Assembly: GCA_009914755.4 (NCBI GenBank)
Contig: CP086569.2
Span: forward strand, 23,936,001-24,000,000
Direction: 5' to 3'
From: the human T2T-CHM13v2.0 reference genome, Homo sapiens
DNA: 64,000 nucleotides
Position numbers and translations under genes: made by a program. Below, piece after piece: positions 27,110 to 40,355 of the stretch (position 1 is its first letter; each line of letters starts with the position of its first letter). A model generated the notes under the pieces. It was not told the origin of the DNA. It ran no database searches and saw only the letters and a program-made list of their open reading frames with translations.

Positions 27110-30100
27110 TTCCTGGCATGCAGCATTAATGAAGGTGCACGTAAGATACAAAGCCTTGTCTTGGGAAAACGAACTACAGACTTAACTAGAGAACTGTTTC
27201 AGACCAGTTAAAAACGTAAAATACAGCGACCATAGAGTTTAATTGTACAGTGGTAGAGTGGTAGTTTCAACTTCTGTACCAAGAGACAATTTTTTTTTTT
27301 TTTTTTTTTTTGCGTTTACTTAGGATTGGCCCACAGCTACATCCATACTGGACAGATGTTTTTAACTCTAAATGCAATGTTGAATTGTCTATTATTTCTT
27401 TGCTATGCAGATTATCTTGCATGAGCATTCAAAAACATGTTTATAGTTTGAACTTCTTATGTCTATTGTTTTCTACTACAAAATGTACTGTCTACAGATG
27501 GAAAGTTCTGTCTTTGGTGAGTGGCAAGGAATTGCTCACAACAATCAGTTACATACAGAGACATACTACACATGTTGGGAAGGGATAGATTACACTTATC
27601 AAAATATGTACAGGAGCAATCCTTATCTAGGGATTCCAAATGATCATACTCAATAGCTGGCCCATTCACAAGACTTGGTCAATGTAAAATACTGCTACTT
27701 TTTTCTCCCTTATGTTTCCCCACTTTCTCTATTGGCATCTTTGTGAAAGCAAGGTGGCACGCTGCCTTATCGTTGCTGCTCCTCATTACCCTCAACTGAC
27801 AGCAAGGAAAGCAGGCAAGGCGATTAAGCAATGTGGCAGCCCATTTTTATCAGTTTACCTTTAAAAAAAAGCCAAGAAAAATTTAGTGAAGAGGGGGCTA
27901 GAGGTGCTTTATAACGAGAGGGAAATGCTGTGGAGTATTTATTTTTAAGAGTCAATGACTTCCTTGCCAGACAGGTACTACCAATTCTGAAGTTATTTTG
28001 AATTAAAGGTAATCTGATTTTAGAAAAAGAAAAAAACCAACATGCAGAATACACTTAAGGAAGTGACCAACCTTTTTAGAGCTGCTTGATTTCACCATAA
28101 CTTGAACTTTTTACAAAAAAGTGCTTAACTGTTATTTTTCAATTCCAAAGATTTTTGTGGTAATAATTTAATAGGAAACTAGAAACAAGCTGGTGTAAAG
28201 CAACTATCTTAAACCATATGTAGTCTAGTTTTGGGGTCTGAAAATACTGAAAACCTACTAGCTTGATCAGCTAGAACCAAATATTCTGGATAATCGTTAG
28301 TATGTACATAACCATAAATATATGCATATATAGACACATATGTACACATATATACACATAGGCACATAAAAGAATTACTAATTTTTTGCCTATTATTGGA
28401 CACTAAACATCACAATTTAATCTTTGGTGATGCAGAAAGCACTGTTTGCTATCCTGCGTATCCTTGGAGTCAACTTTCTGGTTATGAATCAGCAAGCTTA
28501 CTAACTAATGAAATACAAGAGTGTCTGAGGAGTTTCCTCTCCACTGGACTCAGCTTATAGAACTGAGTACTAACACTAAAGCTAGAAGAAGCGGTACTGA
28601 TTTTTTTTTTTATGGTATCCACAGGAAGTACCTGCAATATAAAAAAATTAAGCTCCCTTAGGCAACTGCAATACCCCGAAATAAATGATCTAGAGACTAG
28701 GCCCAAAGTGTACAGTAGACAAAATGCTTCATAGGGTCCAAAATGTGAGGGACCTTAGCCGTGAGATAGCAGAGTCGGATGTGTTCATCAGCATTCCTAG
28801 TCTGCACTGCTGTTGATGCACCTCTTAAACTTATCTTTGTACCTACATTTGCTTTTATGGGCTAACTCAGACAGATTAGTATACTGAACTTTATACTTCT
28901 GCATTTTAAGAATCTAAAGCTTGTTATACGAATTTAAACCTTGTTACACAGTTCCCACGCAACTCCCCACCATTTTACATTATTACATCGGAAAGCCAAA
29001 AACACATTTGAAGAAAAAAAGTTTATTTTTATTCATTTATGCAAAGACAGTATCAGCAATAGGTAGTAGGAACATTTTTCTCAGTTTAGAATTAATTTTC
29101 CATTTTGAAAGGGACTTAATATCTTCTTTACCTTACTCTATTAAATACTTCAACAAAGACAAAAATTTATTCCTTTACTTTTCCTTAAGGTCATATCGGA
29201 ATAATTAGAATTAACTCTTTAGAATGTAGGTATCATTTACAGAAATCTGGAGATTTAATCACAGAATGATGTATGTCGGAATGTTAAAAGCACTAAAAAA
29301 ACTATGGATAATTTTTTAATGGACAAAGTCATGGTGCTTTCAATTTCTGAGGTGTAATAAAGCCTTCTTGGGAATTCTAAAGTTTAAAGACTGTATCCTT
29401 CGGATTCCGAATGAAAATTTTGAGAAATCATAGACCCCAGTGGGCATTAGTAATATGGCCCATAGTAACGACATTAACTTAGAGTCTCCACGTTTTAGGG
29501 AAGAAGCCATTGAAAGAAGGGCCAGAAAGCCACTTTAAACACATGTCCATGGCAGATCAAATGATACTGATACAAATGTTTCCCTTAGAAAGGTATTATA
29601 TCCCATTGCTACCATTCCACGGCTTGGCCTTTGAACTGCTCATACAGCTACTTCCATTCTTTACATCACCAGTTCTAAGAGCAAACCTCCTGAAAGACTA
29701 GTAAAAGAGGCTGGGAAAACAAGACTGTGAGTATAGCAAAAGGGCTCTGGTGCTCTAGCTGTGTGGTCACAATATAAAATGAGGACACTACCTAATCTAG
29801 AAACAACATGCCTCTTCTGGACATATTTTATTTTACAGAAGGAAATATAACAGGCTAAAAAACAAAAATAAAAATCTATTTATAGCAAGTAACTAATACT
29901 TCAATGTTTTTATAAAAACAATTCCTTTCAGATACTCCGATTAACCTTTGAGTGACATAAAAAAGCTGCAGCGTTCTTTAATACCAGTATTTTGCAAATT
30001 TCACATACAGCCATTAAGTTTAGCATTTCAAGGAACAATTTTTTTTATAAAAAAGAATGGTAACTCATTGAGAAGGTTATATACCCAGTAAAGTTTAGTT

Positions 30101-31909
30101 TGTCTTGGATTCTTTAAAAAATTAGGCCCAGAATTTTAGTTATCCTAACTACTATCCCAATCAAATTGGACATACATATGTGGATTCTAGATAAAAGATA
30201 AAATACTTTGAATAAACATTATGACTCACTGATTGGACTGTTTGCTTAGAATCTGTTTTACTGGGTTTGGATAAGACTTCAATAAAGCTAACTATACATT
30301 GAGTTCCACTGATTAAAAATGCAGTTTTAAAAATTCTGCTTTTGAGGTAAATTTCTAGATAAATCATAAATGCAAAGCTCAATACTGAAATATTGTACTG
30401 TTCACAGGTACTTCTTGGAGAAGTGAAATGCTTGTGTTCAGACTATCAAAATTGTTAGCTTTCAAATCAGGTTTTAAAAACTTTTTTGAAAGTCAGTATT
30501 TGCTTTTAAACACTTAAAATGCAAGTTTCAATTTTTTAAAAATCCTTGCAGATAAATCTTAACATTCTTTCAGTCTCGATTATTTGTTACTTTAAACTAT
30601 ATATTAAACACAGAACCAGGTTCTAAATAAACATCTAATGAAGAACAGTTTCAGTGTTAAGATAAAACTAGAGAGTCTAATAATACAAGTTATACAGAAA
30701 GTTTCAGTGTGATTTACCAAAATTCAGAATTTCTGTAATAGTGGAAAACTTTTAGCTTAATATTCAAAACCAGCAACTTCCCATGAAACTAGATAGCTGA
30801 GAGGATCCAACAGATTTAAATACTGCCAAACTTCTTCTAAAGCGATGCACTCTTTTACCCTGGAAAAGACAGAAATAGTCCTTTTATTTTACTGAAAATT
30901 TCTGATGACTACTATGGATCTGAAAGTTGTCAAAACTTAAACCATTTGTTTTGGGTTTAAACATTATAAATAATGAGAAAAAAAGATGATTCTTTTCAGG
31001 AAGCATATTTGAACACTGGGATAACAAATGTACCAAGATGGCTAGTTTTATTAAACAGTTAAAAAAAGAAATCAATAATTAAATAAAACAAATTCCAGTA
31101 AACTGAGAAATAAAAGGACTTAAACTCAGTATCATTTTATGTACTTCTTAGTTAATAATTTTGCAGTAATGTCCCAAAGACAGCTGGTAGAAAATGTAAT
31201 TGTAAAGAATACTTTTTTCACTAATTGAACTGCATTTAATACCAACTACAGCTTGCGAACTGCTCTCCAATCTGAAATTTCGTGTTTTTAGATTAAAATA
31301 TGTAAGTTTTGGCATTTGAAGAACATATCATTAACCTGTGAAGACATATCATTCTTTAGAAAGGAAGATAAAACTTTAAAATACATGCAAAACTTTCTTT
31401 TCACTCTATGTTGCCTGCAGACGTGCAGAGAGAAGTGAGAGGTCTTACAAGGAGGAATGGGAATGAGTGAACGAGTAATAACATTTCCTTTTCTACAAAG
31501 CTGTGCCCTTTTTTTAAGACTTCAGTTTCATTTTCATATAAATAAAAGTGGCTTCTGGAAGTTACCTCATCTGTCAAAAGAGTGATAATCAATTTAGGTT
31601 AAAATCTAGAAAACTGGTCACCAACATGTATATTCAGAGGTCATGTAGGAAACAAGATTGTGAAAGGGCTAGATAACTAAGACAATGAAGAGAAATCGGC
31701 TATGGAAATTGTAAATACATTCAAAAATATCTCAGGCATTCTAATTCAATATAACAACGTGCAGTCAATTAAAATAGGTCTAAATGTCAGACAACTGCAG
31801 GATGCCAACTTCTGATTCCTCTCCCAAATAAGCAGAAAACTCTGGAAGTTTCAAAGCGAGTCTTTTGTCTACCACCAGGTGAGAACTCAAGTTTAAAAAA
31901 ATATTTTCT

Positions 31910-32036
31910 GGGCTGGACATGGTGGCATACGCCTGTAATCCCAGCACTTTGGGAGGCTGAGGCAGGAGGATCACTTGAGCCCAGGAGTTCAAGACGAGCC
32001 AGGGCAATATAGTAAGATTCTCTCTTAAAAAAAAAT
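31910..32036 (+). mobile_element. Alu monomer (FLAM-like / left arm) with A-tail
   Basis: ggctggacatggtggcatacgcctgtaatcccagcactttgggaggctgaggcaggaggatcacttgagcccaggagttcaagacgagcc. Confidence 0.85.
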
Positions 32037-32041
32037 CTTTT

Positions 32042-32523
<482 letters not shown>

Positions 32524-32879
32524 CACAAAAAACTATCTTCTGCTTTGAAAATCACTTAAGTACTACTGTAGACACCAATGTAATCAGAATTTTCGGCAAG
32601 ATAAGCTGATGTACAATTCCAGTTCTTTCTTTTCTAAATTGTACTATCTATATAGAACGAAGCAACAAGAGAACAAATGTCAAATTTAAATATATTTACT
32701 CCATGTTGCAAAGATGTTAAGAACTTAATTCTGCTATCTGGCTCTACTCTTCTACATTATACAGAAGATTCATAATATAACCCTTTAAAAAGGCTTAGGC
32801 TTCATCCCATATCCATTCACAGACAAAAATAAGCTAGTTCTGTTGTAAGACACAAAGTGATGGTTAAACATTTTCTTTT

Positions 32880-33485
32880 GAATGTAAAGTGTGTAGCCAG
32901 TTTTGACAAATCTGGCAGTTCCACTAAAGGTTAAATATGACTTAGCAATTCCATTCCCAAGTATATACGCAAGAGAGGTAAGCACGTATGTCCCCACAGT
33001 AACTTGTACATGAATGTTCACAGCATTAGTTATAACAGCTAAAAAGTGGAAATAATCCAAATGTCTTTAACAGATGAATGCATAAACAGAATAAGGTAAT
33101 ATCTACAAATAAAAAGAAATGATTAAGTTCTGATACGTGCTAGAATATTGATGAACCTTACAAACATTATGCTGAGTGAAAAAATCCAGTCACAAAATGC
33201 CACATCATTATGTATGATTCCATATACAAGAAATCTCCAGGACAGGAAAATCCTTAGAGGAAAAAAGTAAATTAGTGTTTGCCTAGGGATACACACAAGT
33301 TCCAGGAAAATAGCAGGTGACTGCTAAGGTACGGGGGTGATTTTTGAGGTGATTTAAGTATTCTAAAATTGATTGTGGACATGGTTGCACAACTTTGAAT
33401 ATATGAAAAAACAGTGAAGTGCACATTTTAAATACATAAATTGTATTACTGGTATTATTTTAATAAAATTGTTATTTAAAAAACA
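32880..33485 (+). mobile_element. LINE-1 3' end (L1M-type)
   Basis: ..gttcacagcattagttataacagctaaaaagtggaaataatccaaatgtctttaacagatgaatgcataaacagaat.. ..catggttgcacaactttgaatatatgaaaaaacagtgaagtgcacattttaaatac. Confidence 0.75.
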
Positions 33486-33864
33486 CCTTCCCTTTATTAA
33501 CCATAATATTTTTCTCCCACCGGACTGACCAAGTTAGTTCTTTTTCGTATTTATAGACTTAGAACCACAGGGACCCAGAAACCTTTAGTCCTGTACCTTC
33601 TCATTTTAGACTTGTAAGAATTAGAGCCTTAATAAAAGATTTATCTATCCAACATGGATAGAAAGTGGGATCAGAAGTCAGATCTTTCTGGAATTCAACT
33701 AGCCACATTCTCTTCCGCTTCACCAACTCTGAATCAACCTCTCTTTCTACTCAACTTTTTACTGCTTCATTTTACCCCTTTTCTCCCTTCACACTGTTCA
33801 GGTGTATCATCTGAGTAAATCATTTCTTTTCTTCTCTTTAGTCCAATATGCATGTATTAAGTTC

Positions 33865-33867
<3 letters not shown>

Positions 33868-33905
<38 letters not shown>

Positions 33906-34191
33906 AGACAAGGTCTCTCACTCTGTTGCCCAGGCTGGACTACAACGGCACAATCATGGCTCAGTGCAGCCTCAACTTCCCAGGCTCAAGCGATCCTCCT
34001 GCCTCAGACTCCTCTGGAGTAGTTGGCACTACAGGCATGTACCATCACAACTGGCTGATTTTTGTATTTTTTTGTAGAGATGGTGTTTTGCCTTGTTACC
34101 CAGGGTGGCCTCGAACTCCTGAGCTCAAGCAATCCACCCACCTCAGCCCCCCAAAGTGTTGGGATTACAGGCGTGAGCCTCTGCACCCAGC
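33868..34191 (-). mobile_element. Alu SINE (AluS-like), antisense
   Basis: A poly-T run of 36 nt is followed by gagacaaggtctctcactctgttgcccaggctggactacaacggcacaatcatggctcag ... ggattacaggcgtgagcctctgcacccagcc. Confidence 0.95.
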
Positions 34192-34420
34192 CAAGATCTC
34201 CTTTCTGTATCTAAAATTTTATTTTACTATTTGGTCAAGGTAGTCAACTAACTCTCTTCTCTAGTAAACCCTTTCAATTACAAATTTCTGCTGCAGGATT
34301 CTTCCCTAAATTTGACTACATTATATCAAGGCTCGGCAGCAGAAAATATACTGCCAGGTAAAACCCACACTGGTTTACTGGGTTACAGTCAAATGCCAAC
34401 AGTTCAATTAAATGTTCTAG

Positions 34421-34733
34421 GCCGGGCACGGTGGCTCATGCCTGTAATCCCAGCACTTTGGGAGGCTGAGGCAGGTGGATCACGAGGTCAGGAGATCGAG
34501 ACCATCCTGGCTAACACGGTGAAACCCCGTCTCTACTAAAAATACAAAAAATTAGCTGGGCGTGGTGGTGGGCGCCTGTAGTCCCAGCTACTCGGAAGGC
34601 TGAGGCAGGAGAATGGCGTTAAGTAAACCTGGGAGGTGGAGCTTGCAGTGAGCCTAGATGGGGCCACTCACTGCACTCCAGCCTGGGCGACAGAGGAGAC
34701 TCCGTCTCAAAACAAAAAAAAAAGAAAAAAAAT
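34421..34733 (+). mobile_element. Alu SINE
   Basis: ggccgggcacggtggctcatgcctgtaatcccagcactttgggaggctgaggcaggtggatcacgaggtcaggag ... with an A-rich tail. Confidence 0.95.
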
Positions 34734-34832
34734 TCCTCTAAGAAAGCCCAAAATACATGTGCCACAAGGAAAACAGCTAACTTGAGAGGGAACAAGTGTG
34801 CTTTTTAATTATGCATGCCATTCCTTTCATAC

Positions 34833-34931
34833 CTTGAAGCAGTCATCTTGAGTAACAACGGAATTTATCAGTCTCTTCTCTGGATTAAACAGACAAGATA
34901 CCACCATTTGTATGCTTCGGTCCACAGATTT
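34833..34931 (-). CDS. DAZ: DAZ exon 10. CDS occupies 34868-34931 (..R NLWTEAYKWWYLVCLIQRRD stop). Bases 34833-34867 are 3' UTR within the exon
   Basis: Minus strand reads tgtgtttcag|AAATCTGTGGACCGAAGCATACAAATGGTGGTATCTTGTCTGTTTAATCCAGAGAAGAGACTGA...CTTCAAG|gtatgaaagg. Joined to exon 8 it gives AG+A = Arg, in frame. Frame 3 of the same exon reads KSVDRSIQMVVSCLFNPEKRLINSVVTQDDCFK, matching the DAZL exon 10 reading. This is the known frameshift behind the DAZ-specific C-terminus. Confidence 0.8.
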
Positions 34932-35071
34932 CTGAAACACAGAAGTTTTCAGTAATGTAAAGACAACTCTTTCTTTCACTCACTCTTAATAAGGGTGTGT
35001 TTTGGTTTTTCTTTTGATGGTTTAATGAACATATCAGTTTATTTCCAAAGAAATGCAAAAATGCTAAAAGA

Positions 35072-35361
35072 GGCTGGGAGCAGTGGCTCACACCTCTAAT
35101 CCCAGCACTTTGGGAGGCCGAGGAGGACGCATCACCTGATATCAGGAGTTCAAGACTATCCTGGCCAACATGGCGAAACCCCTTCTCCACTAAAAAATAC
35201 AAAAATTAGCTGGGTGACGGGTGCCTGTAATTCCACCTATTGGGGAGGCTGAGGCAGGGAGAATTACTGGAACCTAGGAGACAGAAGTTGCAGTGAGCCG
35301 AGATCACACCACTGCACTTCCAGCCTGGGCGACACCGCAAGACCCTGTCTCAAAAAAAAAA
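35072..35361 (+). mobile_element. Alu SINE
   Basis: ggctgggagcagtggctcacacctctaatcccagcactttgggaggccgagg ... gcagtgagccgagatcacaccactgcac ... with a poly-A tail. Confidence 0.95.
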
Positions 35362-36271
35362 GAAATTCATAAAAATGTGATTCATAATTCCTGCCACATA
35401 TCCTCAGTATGTACGTTTTCTGACAAATCGAAGAATTATTTTAGAACCTTAGCGATAGAATACTGGTTTAAAAAGCTGAATTTGTTAAATCCCTAAGTGA
35501 ATTCCAATGTTTCAAGAAAACATACTCAGAACAAAACCAGACAATTATACTGTAAGAGTTATGTTTTCATATTTATTCACATTTTAAAATCCAATATCAA
35601 ATCAAGGAATTTACACTGCAATGGGACTTCTTGGGTATTATACATATTACCAGCACATCAACTACTTCCACACGCCCACCTATCTAACAGAACATATGTG
35701 ACGCCAGGAGTGACAGTACTGTTATTACAGAAATTTGCACTAATGATAAAAAAAAGAAACAACCCTGTCTATTTCAGTGTTTGAATAATTACTACTGACT
35801 TCACCACTGTTGGAAACTTCTGCCACATATAATGTTATGGAGAGAATGCTTATTTAAATGGTATTTTTCACTGCTTAAGATCAAAACTGTTGTAAAAGAA
35901 AAGGGACATACAATTCGTACTAATTCTTCTTTTGAGTAGAATTCTAGAGGAAACCCTCCCATAGCATTCTGCCAAATCATATTAATACAGTATTTATTAA
36001 AGAATGGCTTTTTAAAATTAGTGAAACTGAAATACAGGAAAGGACTTGCTGAATCAGAAACTTTAGGTATATACTGAAAATTTGGGGTATCTGAAATTTC
36101 AACAACCTTTACATTAACTGCTGACTATCAGTCCATTATTTAAGCTCCATGATTTATGGCTAACATTTTTAAATTTGGGCAAAAATGTTTGCTTCTCAAA
36201 AAAAGTCATTCAAATTAGAAAAAAATATGAAATATATATTGTAAAAAAAATTCAAAATTAGATGTTTGCCT

Positions 36272-36385
36272 TTTGTGGGCCATTTCCAGAGGGTGGGGTA
36301 GCTTCATGAATTGAGCATTCATTTAGCACAACATCACCTCCTGTATCAACTTCACTACAGTGACAGTTAAGAGCTGAATAAGCCT
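36272..36385 (-). pseudogene. DAZ: Degenerate DAZL-type exon 9 remnant (pseudo-exon skipped in DAZ)
   Basis: Minus strand reads GGCTTATTCAGCTCTTAACTGTCACTGTAGTGAAGTTGATACAGGAGGTGATGTTGTGCTAAATGAATGCTCAATTCATGAAGCTACCCCACCCTCTGGAAATGGCCCACAAAAGG, which resembles DAZL ..AYSAVNYHCNEVDPGAEVVPNECSVHEATPPSGNGPQKK. The 5' part (YVVPP) is missing. Confidence 0.6.
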
Positions 36386-37134
36386 ATATTTAAAATAATG
36401 AAAGTGTAATTAAACAGATAATACAGATACGTTTAAAAGCTACTTATTTATTCCTCAAAAAGGTGAGCTGGTATCAAAAGTTTCAATGTAGGTTGTGTTG
36501 AAATTCAATTGTGTTACTTCAGAAACCTTGTTTTAAACGAAAAGTTGAAATGCATTAAGGCAGCCTTTTGTTTTAAAACGTCTTCCAGGTATCAACATAA
36601 TCAGAGGTAGAAGGATTCTAAGAAACAAATGTAGTTAAGGGAGTGTTTGAGAATTTTAACACTTACTATATCCTTCAAATATCCAATCGTGATGTAAGAC
36701 AGCAGCTCTGTTGTATTAGAGGTAATACTCTTGTTTTATTCCTATTCCTCTTTAAGAGTAATTAATAGCAAAACATTTCGGTTTCTCCTCAACAAATGTT
36801 TTATGGCTAGTAAAGCCAGAGGCATATTCTAGGCAGATACATGCTAATTCTAAAGCCAGTTAATACCGCCATTCCTGGATTATATAATCTATCAACAAGT
36901 AACTGAACACTTATCATTATGTGGACCAGCCACTGTTTCAGCACACAAAAATGTGAGAGACAAAAAGGCACTGTTGCTCCCATGGGAGTTTATAATTGGG
37001 TTAAAAATAAAGTAACAAAACATAAAACATTAATATAAAGAACCATTTAAAAATATCTACAGGCATATATGGCATAGAAAAAAGTCAAGAAAGATGAGGA
37101 AGTATACGTTTCACTAATTCACTTTACTCCATAA

Positions 37135-37170
37135 CCCCTTTTGCTCCCCAACAGGCCACTGCGGTAGCAC
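37135..37170 (-). pseudogene. DAZ: Exon-8-like pseudo-exon in the 3'-most unit (..LPQWPVGEQK). No ATG and no GT donor
   Basis: Minus strand reads ttttttaag|GTGCTACCGCAGTGGCCTGTTGGGGAGCAAAAGGGGttatgg. It keeps a DAZL-like Trp codon (CAGTGGCCT) where the functional DAZ exon 8 has TGC (Cys). Confidence 0.55.
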
Positions 37171-37866
37171 CTTAAAAAAATAAAAAGAAGGAAACCAAAA
37201 CTATTAAAATATTCCTACACATTTTCAAAAACTCATGAGATACACAATATTGAAGCACTTATCATGCTGGCTCATTTGTTATTAAAGTGAAAGAAACAGA
37301 GTAAAAAAAAAAAAAGAAGTACTTTATGTTTCTAATCCCTGATGTTCTTGTTACTTTTATACATAAAACCTCGCCATTTTCCCAATTTTCTGGAGTTGGC
37401 ATTGTGGAAATCTCAAGGATACTAGTTTTTTCAATTTATTACTTATCACCATAGATATGATTATGGGTCACAGATGTAGTCATATCTATGAAAAGAGGCC
37501 CAGAGAACTACTATCATGAAGCAGCAAGCTTAAAATAAAAATATAATTGGAATTCTGTGCTCTAAGAATGGGATGATAAAAAGATGAAAAAGATGAAAAA
37601 ATACACGCTGAAATATAGAAGGGGACAACGAATCTCAGAAAACTGTTTTACAGAAAAGTTATTGCTAAGTATATCCCTGTCAAAATGTTAATTCATTACT
37701 TCTAAATAATACAGAGGGCTTCATTCTAGACCATTGCAAGTGTTTTCCTAAATTTTAGGTACATTTCACTAGTTTAAAATGACACACTATTTGGGAAATT
37801 CATATAAACAAGTTAAAGGCTTCAATAATATCTGAAAACAAATCATTTTACTCCCTCTTCAATTAC

Positions 37867-37938
37867 CTGATAATTACATACAGGCAACTGACACCCAGTG
37901 GTGACCTGACCTGGTGAATTTGGATAAGTAGGATATGT
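37867..37938 (-). pseudogene. DAZ: Exon-7-like copy in the unit downstream of exon 8 (TYPTYPNSPGQVTTGCQLPVCNYQ). Probably not incorporated into mRNA
   Basis: 72 bp, open frame, splice-like flanks tactttcag| and CAG|gtaattg. It sits 3' of the intact exon 8 in gene orientation and is the most diverged copy, including Tyr to Cys changes. Confidence 0.55.
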
Positions 37939-39503
37939 CTGAAAGTAAGTTTACAGAAAGAATGAATATGGTAAAACATCTTTTTAAATTAGAAAAAAAT
38001 ATTATTCCCAAAATAAAAAAAATGAAAAACTTTAAAATATTTATTAATTTTCTATATAAAACAATGCAGAATTCTAAATGAATGAATGACTTCAGGAAGA
38101 AATAAATATTCTCTGTCAAGTGCTAAGCCCCTTTGGGTGGGGCGGGGGAACACACAAATGACAAAGTAGTGACTATTTCACCAGGCAAAGTTCACCTTAC
38201 TGACACTGTGTACTTATGCCCACCCAGAAGTTGTTTCTTACACTGCTGGTAAGGCTCCATTAAGACAGATCTCAATGTAAGTTAAGTTAATACATTTGCT
38301 ATTTCTTTGTCAATATACTTCCAGATAGTTTTGTGTTTGACAATATTACAGGGTAATATGTAGTTCTCCTACAGATGTTATGTTTTTTTTCTGTACTTCA
38401 TTTCGAAAAACTAAGGGCAGTGTACAATCCAAAACTGGAGAAGGACAGTACGATGTCTTATATGTTTCGATAAATACTTATTGTTTGAAAACATATAGGA
38501 AGCAGCATACATGAATACACCCAAATTCAGTAATGGCTCACCGTAAATGTTAGAAACAAGTAGGGCTTTGTCTCTAGCCATTGTTCAGAGAAGAAAAAAG
38601 AAGAAGAGGTATATCCTACACATTTCAAGTACACAGAAAATGTCAATAAATGAGAGACACTGAAGAACTATTTCACTACTATTTTGTTACTTTATTTTCC
38701 ATCAAAGAAAATGTCTTTTAAACTAACACATAAATAAAATGGACTAAGAAGAAAACAGACGTTATTTATCACCAATAAGTGATAGAGTATGTCAAATCCT
38801 ACTTTAAATATCAAAGTAATCAGGATCAGAGAAATTACATGCCAGAAATTCACAGGATTTATAGGTACAGTAAAATAGGTCAGAAATCTATACATTCCAG
38901 ACCGAGAATATATCCCGAAGTCAGCAGTTTATATGAGGAGTCAACTGGAAATCATTGCAAGTAAAGAAGAGCTAGATTAATCGCTATCCTTAAAGAATAA
39001 ACTAGGCAGAAACATTAGAACAGCTGCTTTCAAATGTTTTCAGAACTAGGTATAATGGGGGAAAGAAGTTCAGGTATTTTAGAGGTAATACTCTTTTTTT
39101 ATTCCTATTCTTATTTAAGAGTAATTAACAGCAAAACATTTCTGTTTCTCTTCAACAAATTTTTTGTGGCTGGTAAAACCAGAGGCAGACCCTACGCAGA
39201 TACATGCTAATTCTAAAGTGACATTAATACTATCTTTCTTAGATTACACAGTCTATCAACAAGTAACTGAACACTTATTATGTGGACCAGCCACTCCTTA
39301 AGCACACAAAAACCTGAGAGAGAAAAAGGCACTGTTGCACCCATGGGAGATTGTAACTGGGTTAAAAAGAAAGTAACAAAATGTAACACATTAATATAAA
39401 GAATCATTTAAAATATTTATAAGGCATAAATGATATGGAAAATAATCCAGAAAGAACAGAAGTACATGGTAGGCTAATTCACTTTACCAGAGGTACAACC
39501 TAC

Positions 39504-39538
39504 CTCCTTTGCTCCCCAACAGGGCACTGCGGTGGCAT
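39504..39538 (-). CDS. DAZ: DAZ exon 8 (35 bp). Encodes MPPQCPVGEQR plus two bases of the next codon
   Basis: Minus strand reads ttttttttttaag|ATGCCACCGCAGTGCCCTGTTGGGGAGCAAAGGAG|gtaggttgta. Every other unit's copy of this segment carries a stop or lacks ATG or the GT donor. Confidence 0.85.
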
Positions 39539-40283
39539 CTTAAAAAAAAAATAGGAAAACAAAATTATTCAAATATTCATAAACATTTTCAAAAACAAAT
39601 GATATATAAAATATTGAAGTACCTATGCTGGCTCCTTTGTTATTATAATAAAAGAAAGACAATGGAAAAAAAGAAGTACTTTATGGTTCTAATTCCTGAC
39701 ATTCTTGTTGTTACTTCCACATACAAATACGAAACCACACCTTTTCCCCAATTTTTGGATTTGGCATTGTGGAAATCTCAAAGATGTTACTACTTTGAAC
39801 TTATTATGCTACATATGATTATTGGTCATAGATAGAGTCCTCTCTACTATGAAAAGAGAACCAGACAACAATTGTCGGGAAACAGCCTACTAAATGAAAC
39901 TATAATTTGAATTATGTGCTCTAAGAATTGGGTAATAATTTTATTTACTCTATATCCCTAAAAAATTCATGAAAGTCATTCTGGAGGTTTCATTCAGCTA
40001 TTTGACAGCAAAGATGAAAACTATATCCTGAAATATAGAAGGGTCAAATCTCAGAAAACTGTTCTACAGAAAAGTTATTGCCAAGTACATTCCTGTCAAA
40101 ATATTACTTCATTACTTCTAAATCAGACAGAGGTCTTCATTCTACACTAATTCTAAGTGTTTCCTTAAATATTAGGTACACTTCACTAGTTTAAAATGAC
40201 CAACTATTCAGGAAATTTGTATAAACAAGTTAAAGGCCTCAATAATACCTGAAAGCAAATCATTTCATTCCTTCTTACATTAC

Positions 40284-40355
40284 CTGGTAATTGTATACAT
40301 GGAACTGATATCCAGTGGTGACCTGAACTGCTGAATTTGGATAAGCAGGAAATGC
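40284..40355 (-). CDS. DAZ: DAZ terminal exon 7 copy. Encodes AFPAYPNSAVQVTTGYQFHVYNYQ, the last DAZ repeat before exon 8
   Basis: 72 bp. Acceptor ctttcttttcag|GCATTTCC, donor CAATTACCAG|gtaatgtaag. It lies 745 bp upstream (gene orientation) of the only intact exon 8. Confidence 0.85.

Noticed and set aside
33480-33870. Candidate DAZ exon 11 / poly-A site (the minus strand contains ggttaataaagggaagg)
   Set aside because: I could not match the expected exon 11 start (DKRVHHFRRSRAMLKSV coding sequence) anywhere in 1-34,800 by eye. It is left unannotated.
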